DNA of 64,000 bases from Setoptus koraiensis (lineage: Eukaryota; Animalia; Arthropoda): positions 5,952,001 to 6,016,000 of the forward strand of contig CM106586.1 in NCBI GenBank assembly GCA_048013815.1. Reading direction: 5' to 3'. This document shows positions 25,409 to 38,300 of the stretch, piece by piece. Made by a program: the position numbers and the translations under genes. The first letter of the stretch is position 1, and each line of letters starts with the position of its first letter. A model generated the notes under the pieces. The model was not told the DNA's origin, did not search any database, and saw nothing but the letters and a program-made list of their open reading frames with translations.

Positions 25409-27952
25409 ATGATGAAAAGAATACCCAACTATTTATTTGTTTCTTGTTGTCTCTACTTGCTAGTCGCCGGCGGGTTACTGTTGTTGCCTCTAGTTTCTGG
25501 CCAAGATGTAAAAGGTGGCTCATTTTCGAAGACGTCATTCTCGAGATCATCATCGTCGGGTATTCTAACTCCAAGCGCAGTGGCGAGTCTTCAGGCGAGC
25601 AAATTTCAGCAGCAACTACAATCTAGCCGGGTGTCAAATCAACCTCAACAATTGGTAGACACACAAATAGAGCGAGTGACGCAAAATGAACAATCGACAA
25701 TTGTTGTGCCACCGGTTCCGGTTATAGAGACACAAACATTTACAAAGGTAGAGAAGAGCTCATCGTCGTCCAATTCGGTGCAGCAGCAGCAGACCGACTC
25801 CGAGCCCACTGTTTATGGTGCTGTGGATGGGGTTCCCGGCGTTGATTTCCCTGGCTTCACAAGCATTCCTAACACTAAATTCAGTTGCGAAGGCCGACAA
25901 TACGAGATAGGCATGTACGCCGACGAGGATACTGGCTGCCAAGTAAATATTGCATATCACATAACACTAATACGAGTACAATCAATGTAGCAGCTAATCG
26001 ACACATTTCCATTTCTTTACTTGTTGTACAATCTTTATCATGTCACCAATTAATATATTGCATGATCACAACAGGTTTATCATCTTTGTTATAGAGGACG
26101 CCGAGAGTCGTTTCTATGCGGCATAGGTACCGTATTCAATCAGGCCATTCTAGCTTGCGATTATTGGCATTCGGTGAAATGTTCCGAATCGTCGCAACAC
26201 TACGCTGTCAATGCCGGACTGGGTGTATCATCGTCAGAACCAGGAACAGGTAGTATATCAACTAATAGTATTGTGTCTAAAGTGATACAAGAGTCACGCA
26301 AATCATTGCGCCCTGTTCCACCACCGCTGCAACAACAATTTGTGCAGCAGCAACAGCAGACGAGTAGCAGTAGCTTTAGACAAATACAACCAATAAATCC
26401 GTTGACCACTGTCAATCAGCAAACAATTCAAGCTGAACAATTCTTTTCGCAACAACAACCACAACCGCAGCCACAATCGCTGTTGGTCGGTAAGACGTCG
26501 GTGCGGCAAGAGAGAAGAGAATCGTCGGGTCTTCTGTCGCCCTCTCAGCAGGCTCAAGCGGCGCTTAAATTTCAATCTGAACGATCCGTTTCATCCGGCT
26601 CATCACCGCCCGTTGTGGTAGTCAGATCGGTGCCTGGTAGCAGCGCGGGACCTGCCAGGCAAAAGTGGAGAGTATCGTCGGCTGTGACTTTTGCCGGTGA
26701 TGACAATCCTACTGGTTTAGATGGGGCAGCTGTTGCAGGCGAGGCAGACGCCGTTCAGGGGGCCGCCAGCGAGATATTTACGAGAAGATCCTCAGCTCAA
26801 TCTAGCGCAATAGTCGCTGATAGTACAAACCAATCATCCAATAACAGTAATCGATTACAATCTCTATTGAAACAACAACGCGAACGGCAAAACATTGTCA
26901 ACGAAATTGGCCCCAAATCACCGGTGAGCGCCGATGACGAATGGAAACCAGTGACCAGGAGCATCAGCACCAAACAACAAGCAAACGGTCAGCAATCACG
27001 AAACAAACAGAGCTCGGCTCAGTTCGACTTTAAGCCAGCTTCCGGTTACTTCGAGTCTACCTCAAATAATAACGGTGTCATAAACAGTGGCATAAACAAT
27101 GATGGTGATACTGTTGAACAGAAACATAAAGTTGACAACAACACAGACAGGATCGCCACTCAACTGACCACAACTAGCACCACAACCACTACAACTCAAG
27201 CACCTACAAATGTGGATTCAACCACACCGGTAATAACAACAACGACAGCACCAACAACAACATCGACAACAACAACATTATCAAAAGAGCAACAGACTCA
27301 ATTGACAGCCACAAAGCCACTAGAGACAAAATTGCCAACAACCAATCTGCCGGATTTGTCGTCAGCGTCAACAGTGCCAGATAATGAGACAGCTGACAAA
27401 CATGAGGCCGCTTCAGAATCACAGGAAGTGATCGTGTCCAAGTTGCCCGCATCAGGATCGACGCAGTTTATTGTGACCACCGAGAGAACCTCAACCAATT
27501 TACCTAATCAGGAGTATTCACGGTCGGATAATGCAGGTAAGCTTACACAAGAAATCAACAGGACATTTATAAGTAACAGTTCGGAGCTTGCACAACAGCA
27601 GGATAGGCCAGTGTCTACTAATAAATCACCAGCCGCCGAAGAGAATCAATCACAACAACCAACGATCACTGCCAGTTCGGACGCAACAGAGAGCTCATTG
27701 GTTGGCTTGACAACCGACCAAACAACTACAACCAAAACCATCATCTCTAACCGATTATCACAAAACGCCGATACTAATCAGCGTGTCGACGATACAAATC
27801 GTCAATTGTCGCCAAACACAACATCAACAGCGACGACAGTTCGGGTGACAACAAATAATGCGACAAACAGCACAACCACAGATCCAACCACAACTGCAAC
27901 CAATAGCAACAATTCGAAAAATAATAATAATCAACCGACAAACACACAATAA
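25409..27952 (+). CDS. Secreted chitin-binding type-2 (CBM14/peritrophin-A, CPAP1-like) protein with long S/T/Q-rich mucin-like tail, 2 exons, ~803 aa
   Basis: Signal-peptide-like N-terminus; exons 25409-25942 and 26075-27952 join to GVPGVDFP..IPNTKFSC..GMYADEDTGCQ|VYHLC..SFLCGIGTVFNQAILACDYWHSVKC (six-Cys CBM14). Confidence 0.88.
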
Positions 27953-28005
27953 CCATATTAACGCAGTACTTATTAGATCAATTTCAGAGTTCACTAGGAT
28001 TATTG

Positions 28006-28570
28006 TTATTCAAACGATGTAACCGGCTCACTAGTATTGCCCATATCCAACAGTTGACGAGGACAATTAACAGTGGACACTGATATCCTGCCAAGTGAAC
28101 TAATGAATTGTCGTGGCGAGTACAATGCTGACGACTGCTGTGTATCCGCGTTAACCATTTGCAGGTGCCTGTATGTGAGCTCATTATGATCACATGTAAG
28201 AGAATTCCTTTTTTCATCTGACATAATATATGATAGTAGTCTTCCTCGATGTTATCGACAAATTGTAACTGAATCTGTTGCTGAATTTTAATAATCATAA
28301 TGATGCATGCTTTTGGCTTTCTAGAAAAAAAAACTGCCTCTTCAATTTTTCTACTGTCTGCACTTTTGGGAGTCTAGGTGTGCTCATATGTTGTTGAAGC
28401 AACTGCTGTTGTTGAAGTAGAAATTGTTTTTGCTGGGCTAATAGTTCTCCAAGATCGCTATAGGAACTGTTATTAAAAAGATCTTTGCTTTCGAATGGAC
28501 TCCATCCAATCATACCGCTAGGGCCTGGGTGTGAGAACTGGGTGTTGGTGCGGAGGCCTCAAGGATGTCC
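28006..28570 (-). pseudogene. PAT1 pseudogene fragments (5'-truncated, internal ~670-bp deletion, frameshift)
   Basis: Roughly 90% identical by eye to 58559-58825 and 59495-59788; lacks the N-terminus; 1-nt deletion (ggaattct vs ggaaattct) shifts the frame. Confidence 0.88.
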
Positions 28571-29490
28571 TTTGGTTTAGACTTATTCATAGCGAATCCC
28601 ATCTCTTGGAGACGTGCTTGACGATATCTCTCGTAATGAACATCATCAGTGGTCTCCACCAATTTAACCATGTTTGTACACAGGACCAAATTTCTCAATA
28701 TACAAAAATCCGAATGGGCATCGTTCTCGATTTGAACTTCTCCCCAAGGATAGTGGCGAACTCTAACTTTTTTATTGTTGATATTCGCAAACTCGTTACT
28801 TGCTATGACAGCAAAAGGTAGCAAATCATTAATATTTGTGGCGTGTTTATTACCCAGTGTACTTTCAAGTTCCTCCGTTGGAAAATGATAAATCTCAATA
28901 TGGTTTTGATTTATTTCATTCATTATCTTTGTCTTGAAAATTTCTCTCTCAGATTTCGTCAGGGTATCAGCCTTCGCAATGACGGGTATCAGACAGACTC
29001 TAGTATGAAGATGTTTCATCGTGATGAGGTCGACCGATCTCAACCCATAACCGGTGGGCGCAATTAAATAGATGCAACAATGGACGCGAGGATCTTTGGA
29101 GTCCTTATATTTTGAACGTTGTACTTTGAGCTCTTCTTGAAGATAACTCTCGAACTGATTGTCGATGTATTGAACAATCGCCTGATGGCAATCAGATTTG
29201 TCCAATTGGTCAGCGAATCCCATTGTTTCCACAATGGTTAATTTGAGATTTATAGAATTGTTGACCAAGTTAAAGGCCTGTACATTGAGATCGACATGTT
29301 CCATATCATGAGTTTGTGTTGATGTATCGGGGAATTTGTTGTCAAAAATGGAGTCTAGTAGGGTGGTCTTCCCTATACCTGTTGGACCCGCTACAAGAAT
29401 GTTGAATGAGAAGCCTTGCCTTGTGGCCCGGCTCACATACTGTTCAGGCAATGAATCAAATCCAACGTGGGACGTCTTGACTGGGGCCAT
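28510..29490 (-). CDS. Sep2: Septin, SEPT6/Sep2 group, copy A (C-terminus fused to out-of-frame PAT1 sequence), intronless
   Basis: GFDSLPEQ, FNILVAGPTGIGKTT (G1), IVETMGFADQ (SEPT6-type G3), RVHCCIYLIAPTG, IAKAD (G4), RHYPWGEVQIENDAHSDF, HYERYR. Confidence 0.88.
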   Translation of the reverse strand: MAPVKTSHVGFDSLPEQYVSRATRQGFSFNILVAGPTGIGKTTLLDSIFDNKFPDTSTQTHDMEHVDLNVQAFNLVNNSINLKLTIVETMGFADQLDKSDCHQAIVQYIDNQFESYLQEELKVQRSKYKDSKDPRVHCCIYLIAPTGYGLRSVDLITMKHLHTRVCLIPVIAKADTLTKSEREIFKTKIMNEINQNHIEIYHFPTEELESTLGNKHATNINDLLPFAVIASNEFANINNKKVRVRHYPWGEVQIENDAHSDFCILRNLVLCTNMVKLVETTDDVHYERYRQARLQEMGFAMNKSKPKDILEASAPTPSSHTQALAV

Positions 29491-29823
29491 TCTTGAGTTA
29501 TGATGATGCGAGAATAAATATGATATATATAAATAAATAAATGTTACAATATTGTTAAAAAAGACGGGACTGATATGTTATTCAAAAGTGGTTGTCTGTC
29601 ATAAAAATGTCATAATAAAAACAACAACATCATGTTGGAATCGCTCTGAACGCGCCAAATCCGTAAGGCGCAAAGTTCAAAAATCTGCCTCAAAATGCAC
29701 ACCTATTTCTGAACATGCACACCAAAACAATTGTTTTTCTTTATTACAATCAGCTGTATTGTTCATATCATTCGCAAGAGGATCAATGCTAATTCTACAC
29801 CATATTATTTGGTAGTTTTCAAT

Positions 29824-30861
29824 ATGAGCGACGATCAATCGCAAGAGCCCAATGATTTATTTGCAATACAGAAGGCCATATCACAGATATACGTTAGGGA
29901 GAGGAAGGCAGGGAACAAGGTTGATCCACACGCCAGCATATATCCCATATTTAATAAAGCACTCGAGAAAGAGCCCACCAATGTAGAAATATGGATAGAA
30001 TATTTAGTGACTATGGAGAGAAATGCCGAGCAACTGGGTGACATAGTAAAAATCTTTGAGAAATCATTGCAAGTCGTCCCAGCAAACGATGTGCAAATAA
30101 GGAAACTATGGTTCGCCTACCTGGACTGTTTGCGAAGACAAACCGACTGGTCAAACAAAGAAGAAGTGACGAGTCTCGATAAGGTATTCGATGTATGCAC
30201 TCAACACTTGAGCCAAGTACAAGGGGCAGATCCGAAATTGAGTGTGCTCAAATACTGGGCCTTCATTAGAGCCAAATATTTAAGTGACATAGAAGGAGCT
30301 AGAAAACTTTGGGACGACATATCGAAACAACAAGGATTACAGTATGCCCGAACCGCAGAATTCTGGTTGGAATTCGCCGAATTTGAACGATTGTTCGGTA
30401 ATAACGACATTGACTACTATCGAAAATTACTCTACAGGGCCCTACAACGCACGGATGATTATCCCGAAATTATTGGCGAACGATTGATGAAATTTGAGCG
30501 TCAAGAGGGAGACTCCGTAAAGTTAGTTGTTGAAGCTCAGAAAGCTATACAGAGAACAGAGGACAAAAAGAGGAGAGCCGAAGAATTGAATTTGCAAAAA
30601 ATACACAAACAAACAGAGGAAGCCAAGGTGGCCGGTGAGGCTCAAAAAGAAGAAGGCAAGGTGGCCGGTGGGGCGCAAAAGGCAAAAAAGCGAAGAAAAA
30701 GAAAGAGAAACCCCAACAAGGAGCCAACAGAGTCCGATGAAACAAAACGAATCAAGACTGACAGCAGCAACACGGATGTGGCCAGTGAACCGGCAGAGCA
30801 ACAAAACAGCGCTCAAAGCGCTTTTATTCCAAGATCTCTACTTGTCAAGAAGAAGTCTTGA
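29824..30861 (+). CDS. SART3: SART3/p110 (Prp24-like) HAT-repeat protein, shortened to 345 aa, intronless
   Basis: IWIEYLVTMER, LWFAYLDCLRR, ARKLWD, FWLEFAEFERLFG, YRKLLYRALQRTDDYPE, FERQEG match the SART3 C-terminal HAT repeats as I recall them, followed by a coiled coil and basic NLS (KKRRKRKR). ATG at 29824. Confidence 0.8.
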   Translation: MSDDQSQEPNDLFAIQKAISQIYVRERKAGNKVDPHASIYPIFNKALEKEPTNVEIWIEYLVTMERNAEQLGDIVKIFEKSLQVVPANDVQIRKLWFAYLDCLRRQTDWSNKEEVTSLDKVFDVCTQHLSQVQGADPKLSVLKYWAFIRAKYLSDIEGARKLWDDISKQQGLQYARTAEFWLEFAEFERLFGNNDIDYYRKLLYRALQRTDDYPEIIGERLMKFERQEGDSVKLVVEAQKAIQRTEDKKRRAEELNLQKIHKQTEEAKVAGEAQKEEGKVAGGAQKAKKRRKRKRNPNKEPTESDETKRIKTDSSNTDVASEPAEQQNSAQSAFIPRSLLVKKKS

Positions 30862-30992
30862 CAACAGTGAGGAAAAAAATATGACAAATAAGAAAGAAAA
30901 AGAGAAATTACGAGGCAACGAGATATATTTTAGTATGTCAAGAGAGTTATAATGTTTTGAATTGTTTATTGTTTATATTGTTAGTATAATAT

Positions 30993-31748
30993 TTATGTGA
31001 CAATGTGCGTTGTTGTTGTAGGTAGTGATGATGTTGGTGATGACGAGGATGATGATGTGAATTGTGGTTGGTGTTGATGTTGGTGCTGTTGTTGTTGGTT
31101 GGTATAATGCTGATGCAGCTGCTGATGTGTGGGACTATGATGTTGTGGCGGGTATGGGTATTGTTGAGGGTGCTGCTGATGTGGTTGTTGTTGTTGTGAT
31201 TGTTGAAGTGTCTGTTGCTGGTGTGATTGTTGGTGTGTTTGTTGCTGATGTGATTGTTGTTGTTGTTGTTGTTGATGAATATGGTGCTGGTGTTGATGTT
31301 GTTGCACAAGCAACTGTTGGGCTGCTGTCAGTTGCTGATTGACTCCATTTATGTTGGCCATATTGGCCATGTTGGCCAATGCGGCCGACGGATAACCGGC
31401 CGCGGCAGCATTGGCAGCATTTGCATATAACACGGGCCACATATAAGCGGCTAGCGACATTTCGCTATAGGGCCAGCAATTTAATTGCAATTCGCGCTTC
31501 TTTTTCATCCGGCGATTCTGAAACCAAACCTTAATGGTGCTCTCTGGCAGGCGCAATTCTGCGGCCAATTCGCAACGTCTGGGCCGCGTGACATAACTCT
31601 CGCGACAAAACTCTTTCTCCAGTTGTGTCAGTTGTTCCCTCGTGAAGGCCGTTCTATAGCGGCGAATATTGTCTTCGCGTTCGGCTGCCTTGCTGTGCAT
31701 TTGGTGGTGATGGTAGTGCTGATGCTGTTGATGTTGCTTCATTTTCAT
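30993..31748 (-). CDS. eve: even-skipped homeodomain transcription factor (start codon uncertain)
   Basis: [47 protein letters not shown] is the Eve/Evx-class homeodomain, followed by an Ala-rich and a Q/H-rich region. Confidence 0.92.
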   Translation of the reverse strand: MKMKQHQQHQHYHHHQMHSKAAEREDNIRRYRTAFTREQLTQLEKEFCRESYVTRPRRCELAAELRLPESTIKVWFQNRRMKKKRELQLNCWPYSEMSLAAYMWPVLYANAANAAAAGYPSAALANMANMANINGVNQQLTAAQQLLVQQHQHQHHIHQQQQQQQSHQQQTHQQSHQQQTLQQSQQQQPHQQHPQQYPYPPQHHSPTHQQLHQHYTNQQQQHQHQHQPQFTSSSSSSPTSSLPTTTTHIVT

Positions 31749-34700
31749 TGCTGTCAGTTACCTGTTGTTCACTTGGCTGCTGCTGCTGTTTTCTAGTCGT
31801 TGTTGTTGCTGTCGCTGTCGTTGTTGTCGTTGTTGTTGTCGCTGTTGCTGTTGATGTCTCTTAATGTCGTTGTTGGTGCTCGGGTTGTTGTTGTGTCAAC
31901 GTCAGATCGCTAAATGAGACATCGACATGACGAGCGAGAGCATCGAAGCGAACGCATTGTGGGGGGCGGGGGAGGCAGGCAAGTATAATGAGTGGAAGAG
32001 GGCGCACTTGCTGCAATCACCCTATAGATCGATGATACCATCCACTATAGGTGTGCTAGAGCGGTGCGCGCATGCGCCACATTCGAATCTGTCAGTTGGT
32101 GATGCGAGAACTGACGCAGATAGAACACAACGGAATGCATCGCCGCTCTCTGATGAATTGGTGCGCGAATCGCTCGAAGCTCGCAACGCTCCGAGCTGCA
32201 TCGTGGCTGCATTATTGCTGCATTATTAATGCAGGAATTCGTGCCAGTGGCACCGGCTTCGAAGGGATTCGGAAAGAAGCGAAGCGTTCGATTCGTTTCG
32301 CGTGTGTCAATCGCGTGCCCATGGGTGGTGAGCGCAGCATCGGCGCTGTCAGTGACATTGTCATTAGTGGATAAACTGGGCAGCCATAAATAAAGTCTTT
32401 ATTATTATTTGTTGTCGATGGCCGGCCGCTCACCGGCTCACCGGCTAATAATAATAGCGACAATAATGGTATGGATGCGAGCAAACAAGTCGCTTGTTTT
32501 ACCTGCCGTTCGAGTGCGCCATTTGCATACAGCAAACAATAATGATCAATCCATCAACCTTTGTCTCGCTGGCGATTGTCGCCATCATTTGGCATCATTC
32601 GGTATCATTGGGTATCATCGGTATCATCGGTATCATTGGAGTCATCGGAGTCATCGGTATCATCGGTATAATTTGGTGTCATTCGGTGCCACTCGTCGGT
32701 GGGCATCGCTCGACTGCTGGTTATAGTGCCACAATATCATGGTGGCAGTGTTGCTGTTGTTATTATTTTACAACACAATCATCGCGCCAATTATCCGCGC
32801 GATGATATTCGAGACTGTCCAATCGAGAGCCGGCAGCAACCGCGGTAGGCACAGGCAATTGATTGATGCGACACAAACATATACCAGTGGCGTTGATTAA
32901 GATGAAACACACACACACACTCACATTGTTATAAACAGCCACGACAACATCGCCAATGGCAATTGGTGCCCATTAAGTGGCACCAATGGCGCGTGCTGCC
33001 AGTCAAAATGAAAATTTCCCCGATTCCTGACTCCTGAAGCCAATCGTTGGGACCCGGCCAATTGACATTCCGGCAATCGTGTGGCCACAATTGATTTTGT
33101 GAGCTGTGGCCGGCCGGCCGGCCGACATGCACACAAAATACCGGCCCGCTCCCTCTCTGCGGGCCGAGAAGTCCGAGAGAGAAATCTCTGCCGAGTGGCT
33201 CATTGAGTCCGACAAACTATCATTATGGCAGCAGCCGCTTTTGTGTACGGGCTGCGGCCACCGGCTGGGCCCCGTCAGCGCCGATGCAAAACGCAATAAT
33301 AATAACAATAATAATAATAATAATGTGAGCCCATTTGAGCGCAGTTGCCAGCCTCGATCGCAGGTATTATTATTATTATACTGATATTAGTATTAAACGG
33401 GCCGGCTGAGTGGCCCCATAAACGCGCTGAGCCGGCCCGCTGTTGCACAACAATGGCCACAATAGGCGGCCCGTGAGCGATGCGTGGGAGGCGCAACAAT
33501 TGACCATACAATGTTGTCACTCCCATAAATCACACTACTGGTTGTTGTTGTTGTCGCTGTCAATCACGCCAGTGCCCCGTCGCCGTACCCTGTGTCGAGG
33601 CAATTGGCAGCCGCTTGTGGGTACCCCTTGGCCAGTGGCGACACACCCTCGGCTCGTTTGGGTCAATGAATAAATAAATGAATGGCGGTCCGGCGTGGCG
33701 CCCGTTCAATTGCTGCCGGATTTCATTAGCGGCTGAGGGTTGAGTTAACTGACAAGCCGCTTGTAAGCCGAGTTTGAGTGGAGCTACAACAGTAAATGAA
33801 AACAGTTAGTTTCTGATGTGTGCGCCTCGACCACAAACCCGTTACTTTGTGTTGGCCGTGTCATCATTTAATCGGCCCATAAATGATGGGCCAAAGCTAA
33901 GCAAAGTTTGCTCGGTTATTAATGAATGAATAATAGGCGATAAATAACGATAATAAATATGAATATGATCATTATCGTTATCGTGGAACTGGCCATGCTC
34001 GTCACACATTGTTGCGGCCAGTCGCTTGATTGAGGATCGAGCATTGAGGACTAAGGACTAAGGACTGAGGACGCGCCGCGGCCGCTGCCGATCCCGCTCA
34101 AAGGCTCAATATAATCAATTCCATGATTGACGGTATCAACCGCTATTAGCCGCCGATTGGCCCGTTCGAGCCACTTAAGCCGCCATTAACAAGCGCAACA
34201 GCAACAACCGCAACAACCACACCACCACCACCAACAGCAACAACAAGCACACCAATAACAACAACAACCACAACAACCACAACAACCACAACAACCACAA
34301 CGACCACAACAACAACGTGACAACATGAGTGCCTAAACAGCTATTTATAACCGCAATCAAATATGACTTCTTGCTTAATTGGACAACTGTCAACACGACG
34401 CACACGCACCACCAATTACCATTAGCCGCAACATGTCTAATGGCTATGTGTGTTCGAGTAATTACAAACGGATGAACGCAGCGCCAACTCTTGTGGCGGC
34501 CATTAATTTGGCCGAGGCCCGTTATGGGCGCCATGGCAGCATGGGCACACGAGCATCGTAACAGAGTGTCTATAATTGTCGCCACTCGATCGATGCTAGC
34601 GATTCATCAATATCCATTCAACAGTATCGATTCAATAGCATCCATTCAATAGTATCAATTCGATGCGCCAATGACAGGCAAACAAACAAACAATGAAAAT

Positions 34701-35232
34701 ATGACCGCCAACTTGGGCCCAATCCGGACACGCACTTGGCCCGTTATAGCAGCGGCCCCACTGACCAGTCGACTGTGGTCAACTTTTGCCTGGCCAGCCA
34801 ATGACGGAACAAGCTCGTTGTTGTCTTGCCCGATCTATAACAATGATTAGTGGGCCAATGGCAAACTGTCAAATAGTGCGCCAAATCTAATCAATTGTTT
34901 GCCTGTCGAGCCTAGCTTGTTTATTGCATTACATTACACGTTTACATTGTTTCTGGTTTCTGGTTTCCGGATTGCAAACGTGCCAAGGCTGACGCAAAAA
35001 CAACCAATTGGTGCCAATTGGTGCCAATTGGTTGTTTCACTTGTTGTAGCTCATTTGTGCTTTGGTGACCAATGACATCAGCAATATTGGCCATTGGATA
35101 CGGTGAGTGCACGCAGCGCATTGTCATTGAAACAATGATCGTGTCGCGCATTTGCATTTATTGGACAACAACCGGACAATAACCGGACAACAATTGCACA
35201 ACGATTGAATTGTGTGAGATTGTATGCGTGAG

Positions 35233-35234
<2 letters not shown>

Positions 35235-35300
<66 letters not shown>
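35235..35300. repeat. (TC)33 microsatellite
   Basis: Direct reading. Confidence 0.95.
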
Positions 35301-35305
<5 letters not shown>

Positions 35306-38300
35306 CTCTCTCGCTGTCTCTGTCGATGCTGATGCTGGCGAATCGCATGCTTTGCCTCACAAACATGGCCTCTCATGACGGAACTGACTCATTTGGACAG
35401 CAATTCCATTGTGCGGTGATTATGCAAACGAGCCTCGACGAACCTAACGAAGGCAGCGGAGTCTTTATTAGTTTATTGGTTCAATCAAGTGCGCTTAGCC
35501 GTAAAGTGGACCGATTAACTCTGCTCGCCGCATTCGAGTCTTCAGTTTCGAATCGTCGGCTTCGAATCTCTGGCTTCGAATCTCAGGCTTCGAGTAACTG
35601 GCTTCGAATGCAATTACGAGCCAGTTGCAGGCCAGTTACAACGGCGATATTTCTAATCGCACAGCCAGCTGACAAGCCGGCATTGTGTGGTCGCACACGG
35701 CGACATTGACTGGTGGTGCCGTGCGAGGCTGACATTTAATCATTGACTGGTGGCTGTTGTCATTGAGACATTGATTTCTGGCTTCTTTTTGTGTCGCTTT
35801 ATTCCATCGCTCACCTGATCACAAATAAGCGATCACACGCTGCTCTATAGCCACTGCACTGTCTGAACTAGCTGCAAAATGTGGCCAGTGTTGGCAGTTA
35901 GTTTGGCCACCGACAATACCGGCCAGAGAGAACCAGAAATTCCTTCTTTTATCTCTTGTGAGCCGTTGCGAGTTAATTGACTTGAGAGTCGCAAGTTGAG
36001 AGACAGTGCAGCGGACACAAAGTAGCGAGTGCAGCTCAAATTGAGGTGGGGTGCCATTGTTAGTGGAACAGATGACAGAGAGCGAGATTGATTGGTTTGG
36101 CTGCGTTGTGCTGGACGCGATTGTTTATATTGGCACAGGTATATATTGTTTATTAGCATCACCAATTTCAGTTTAGCTGGCGTGCTCATTTCCTCGCACG
36201 GTGACATGTCAAACTGGACCACACACTCGCTCGGCTCGACAACGTACCTGTTTGCCATGTTTGGTTGGACTGTCGGCTTGTCGGGCTGTCCGACTGTCCG
36301 ACTGTCCGACTGTCGGAGTGTTGGATTGGTGGACAGTGTCGCGACAATGCTCGGCTGGGACCCCACGGCCCTGGGAATCGACCGGGCTCTTTGGTGAGAT
36401 AATTGTGCAAATTGAGTGAGCCTTCCACTGAAAGGCCTTCAGTCGCTTTTTAACCCGCTGGCCACTGGCGGGCTGCTCGGCTGTTCGGCTGCTCGGCTTA
36501 ATAACAGGCCTCTGAGGTGAGGAGCCCGTCGAAGGGGAGAATTGTTCATGGTGGCACCATGATGCTGCCACAATGCCAGACCAACCAGCCAACACCTTGG
36601 CAAAGAACGCACAAAGTCACAATGGCACAGGTAAACAAGTTGTCAGGCAACCAGCAACTGACCAGTGGCCACCAAACAAACAATTGGCCATTATCATATC
36701 TATACTATAGATACTGTAGATGGTGCTTGAAAATGATAATGGTCACACAAACAACGGACAGTGGACACACACAAACAATTTATTTAATTTAGATTGTTCA
36801 TCATCATCATCAGTATAGCTCAATTATGTGGCCATTCATTATGGCTTTATTCATAGCTCTACAATGGGTCGGTGTGGGATGGTGTGCGCCACTCGTCGTG
36901 TCTATACGGATATAAACACATCAATTACCCGCTGACATTGACACCGAACGTTGACATTGTGCGTTTATTGCCCATTTTCAAACTGCTAGAAACTTTCGAG
37001 TCCAACCAAACTCAAACAAGCGCTGCAAAAGCATCGCCATTCCGCACTCACTGGTCGCTGATAATATCATCGGATAATATCAGCGGATAATATCAGCGGA
37101 CAATATCAACGGCTTCATTAACTCAATAATACAATTAATGAATAGCGCCGCCCACACAACCGCACCGAGCAGCGGGTGGCCGCCGGCCCGAGTCACCGAT
37201 TTTGGGCGGCCCAAGTCAGCGATTTTGGGCGGCCGCCAATCCGCCAATGAATATCCCCGAAAACTACTCATAGCTCGCTTGTTACCTCGCACACCCGCTC
37301 TCCAGTGGCCAAACTGGCCAAACCGACAAAACCGACAAAACCGACAAAACTGGCAAAACACTTCTCAGGTGCCCCCAAATTTCATCTTTGTTTCGGGGAA
37401 AATTGCTTTGGAAAAATCTTTTCGGGTGTGAAATGTTTTCACTGACGATGCGGCCAATAGTTTGGCACGGGCACAAACTAGATTATCTAGTGATCACCGG
37501 CACTGATACTGACTCGATGACTCGCTAACTCACCAACTGTGGCGTGTACAACTATCATGGACCGCTATCAACTGTTATCGCACGTAGCGTCCATGTAGGT
37601 TGCTCGTTATGACAACTTGATCTGACACAAACACAAATCAGTCGGTGGTTGCGACAAATTGTGGCCAACGATGCTGTCAAGTGCCCTTAGTTGTCGATCA
37701 CGGGCAGCCAATTAAAATATTTTATTTTATTCTCAAATAATGTGTGCTCTATAATGAACTGCAATAAGAATTAGCTGCAATGAAAATAGTTGATTCATTC
37801 ATCTGGCAACTTAATTCGGATGTTCGATTGGAATGCTCCAATTTTGATCGCTGTTATGTGATCACAAATGTATATACAACACAATGTATATGACCTATAT
37901 ATGTGATGGTAATGACGCCATTTATAAGATGACAGAGATGAAATGTGCGCAAGTTGGCCTATAATCACCACCATCAATCGCTTAATACTGTTACCGTTAG
38001 ATGAGATTTGGGCATTGTTTAGATGGCAGCGAGTTGAGCACTTCAACTGCATGCCAGCATAACAACAACATCGGTTATATCGGGTCAATGACCAACACTG
38101 TTGTTTACTATCAAAGTTTTTGTTGAATATATTATAATATAAACATTATTAATTCACCTGTCCTGTTGCGCAATGTGCGACTCACACACATTTGCCTGCC
38201 TCTAATTGCACACACAAACTATATCGGCGCACCGGCCGCTAGGTGGCTCAATTGGTGACCCTATATAGTATTTGGAGTACAGTGGCATACATTGTACTGT

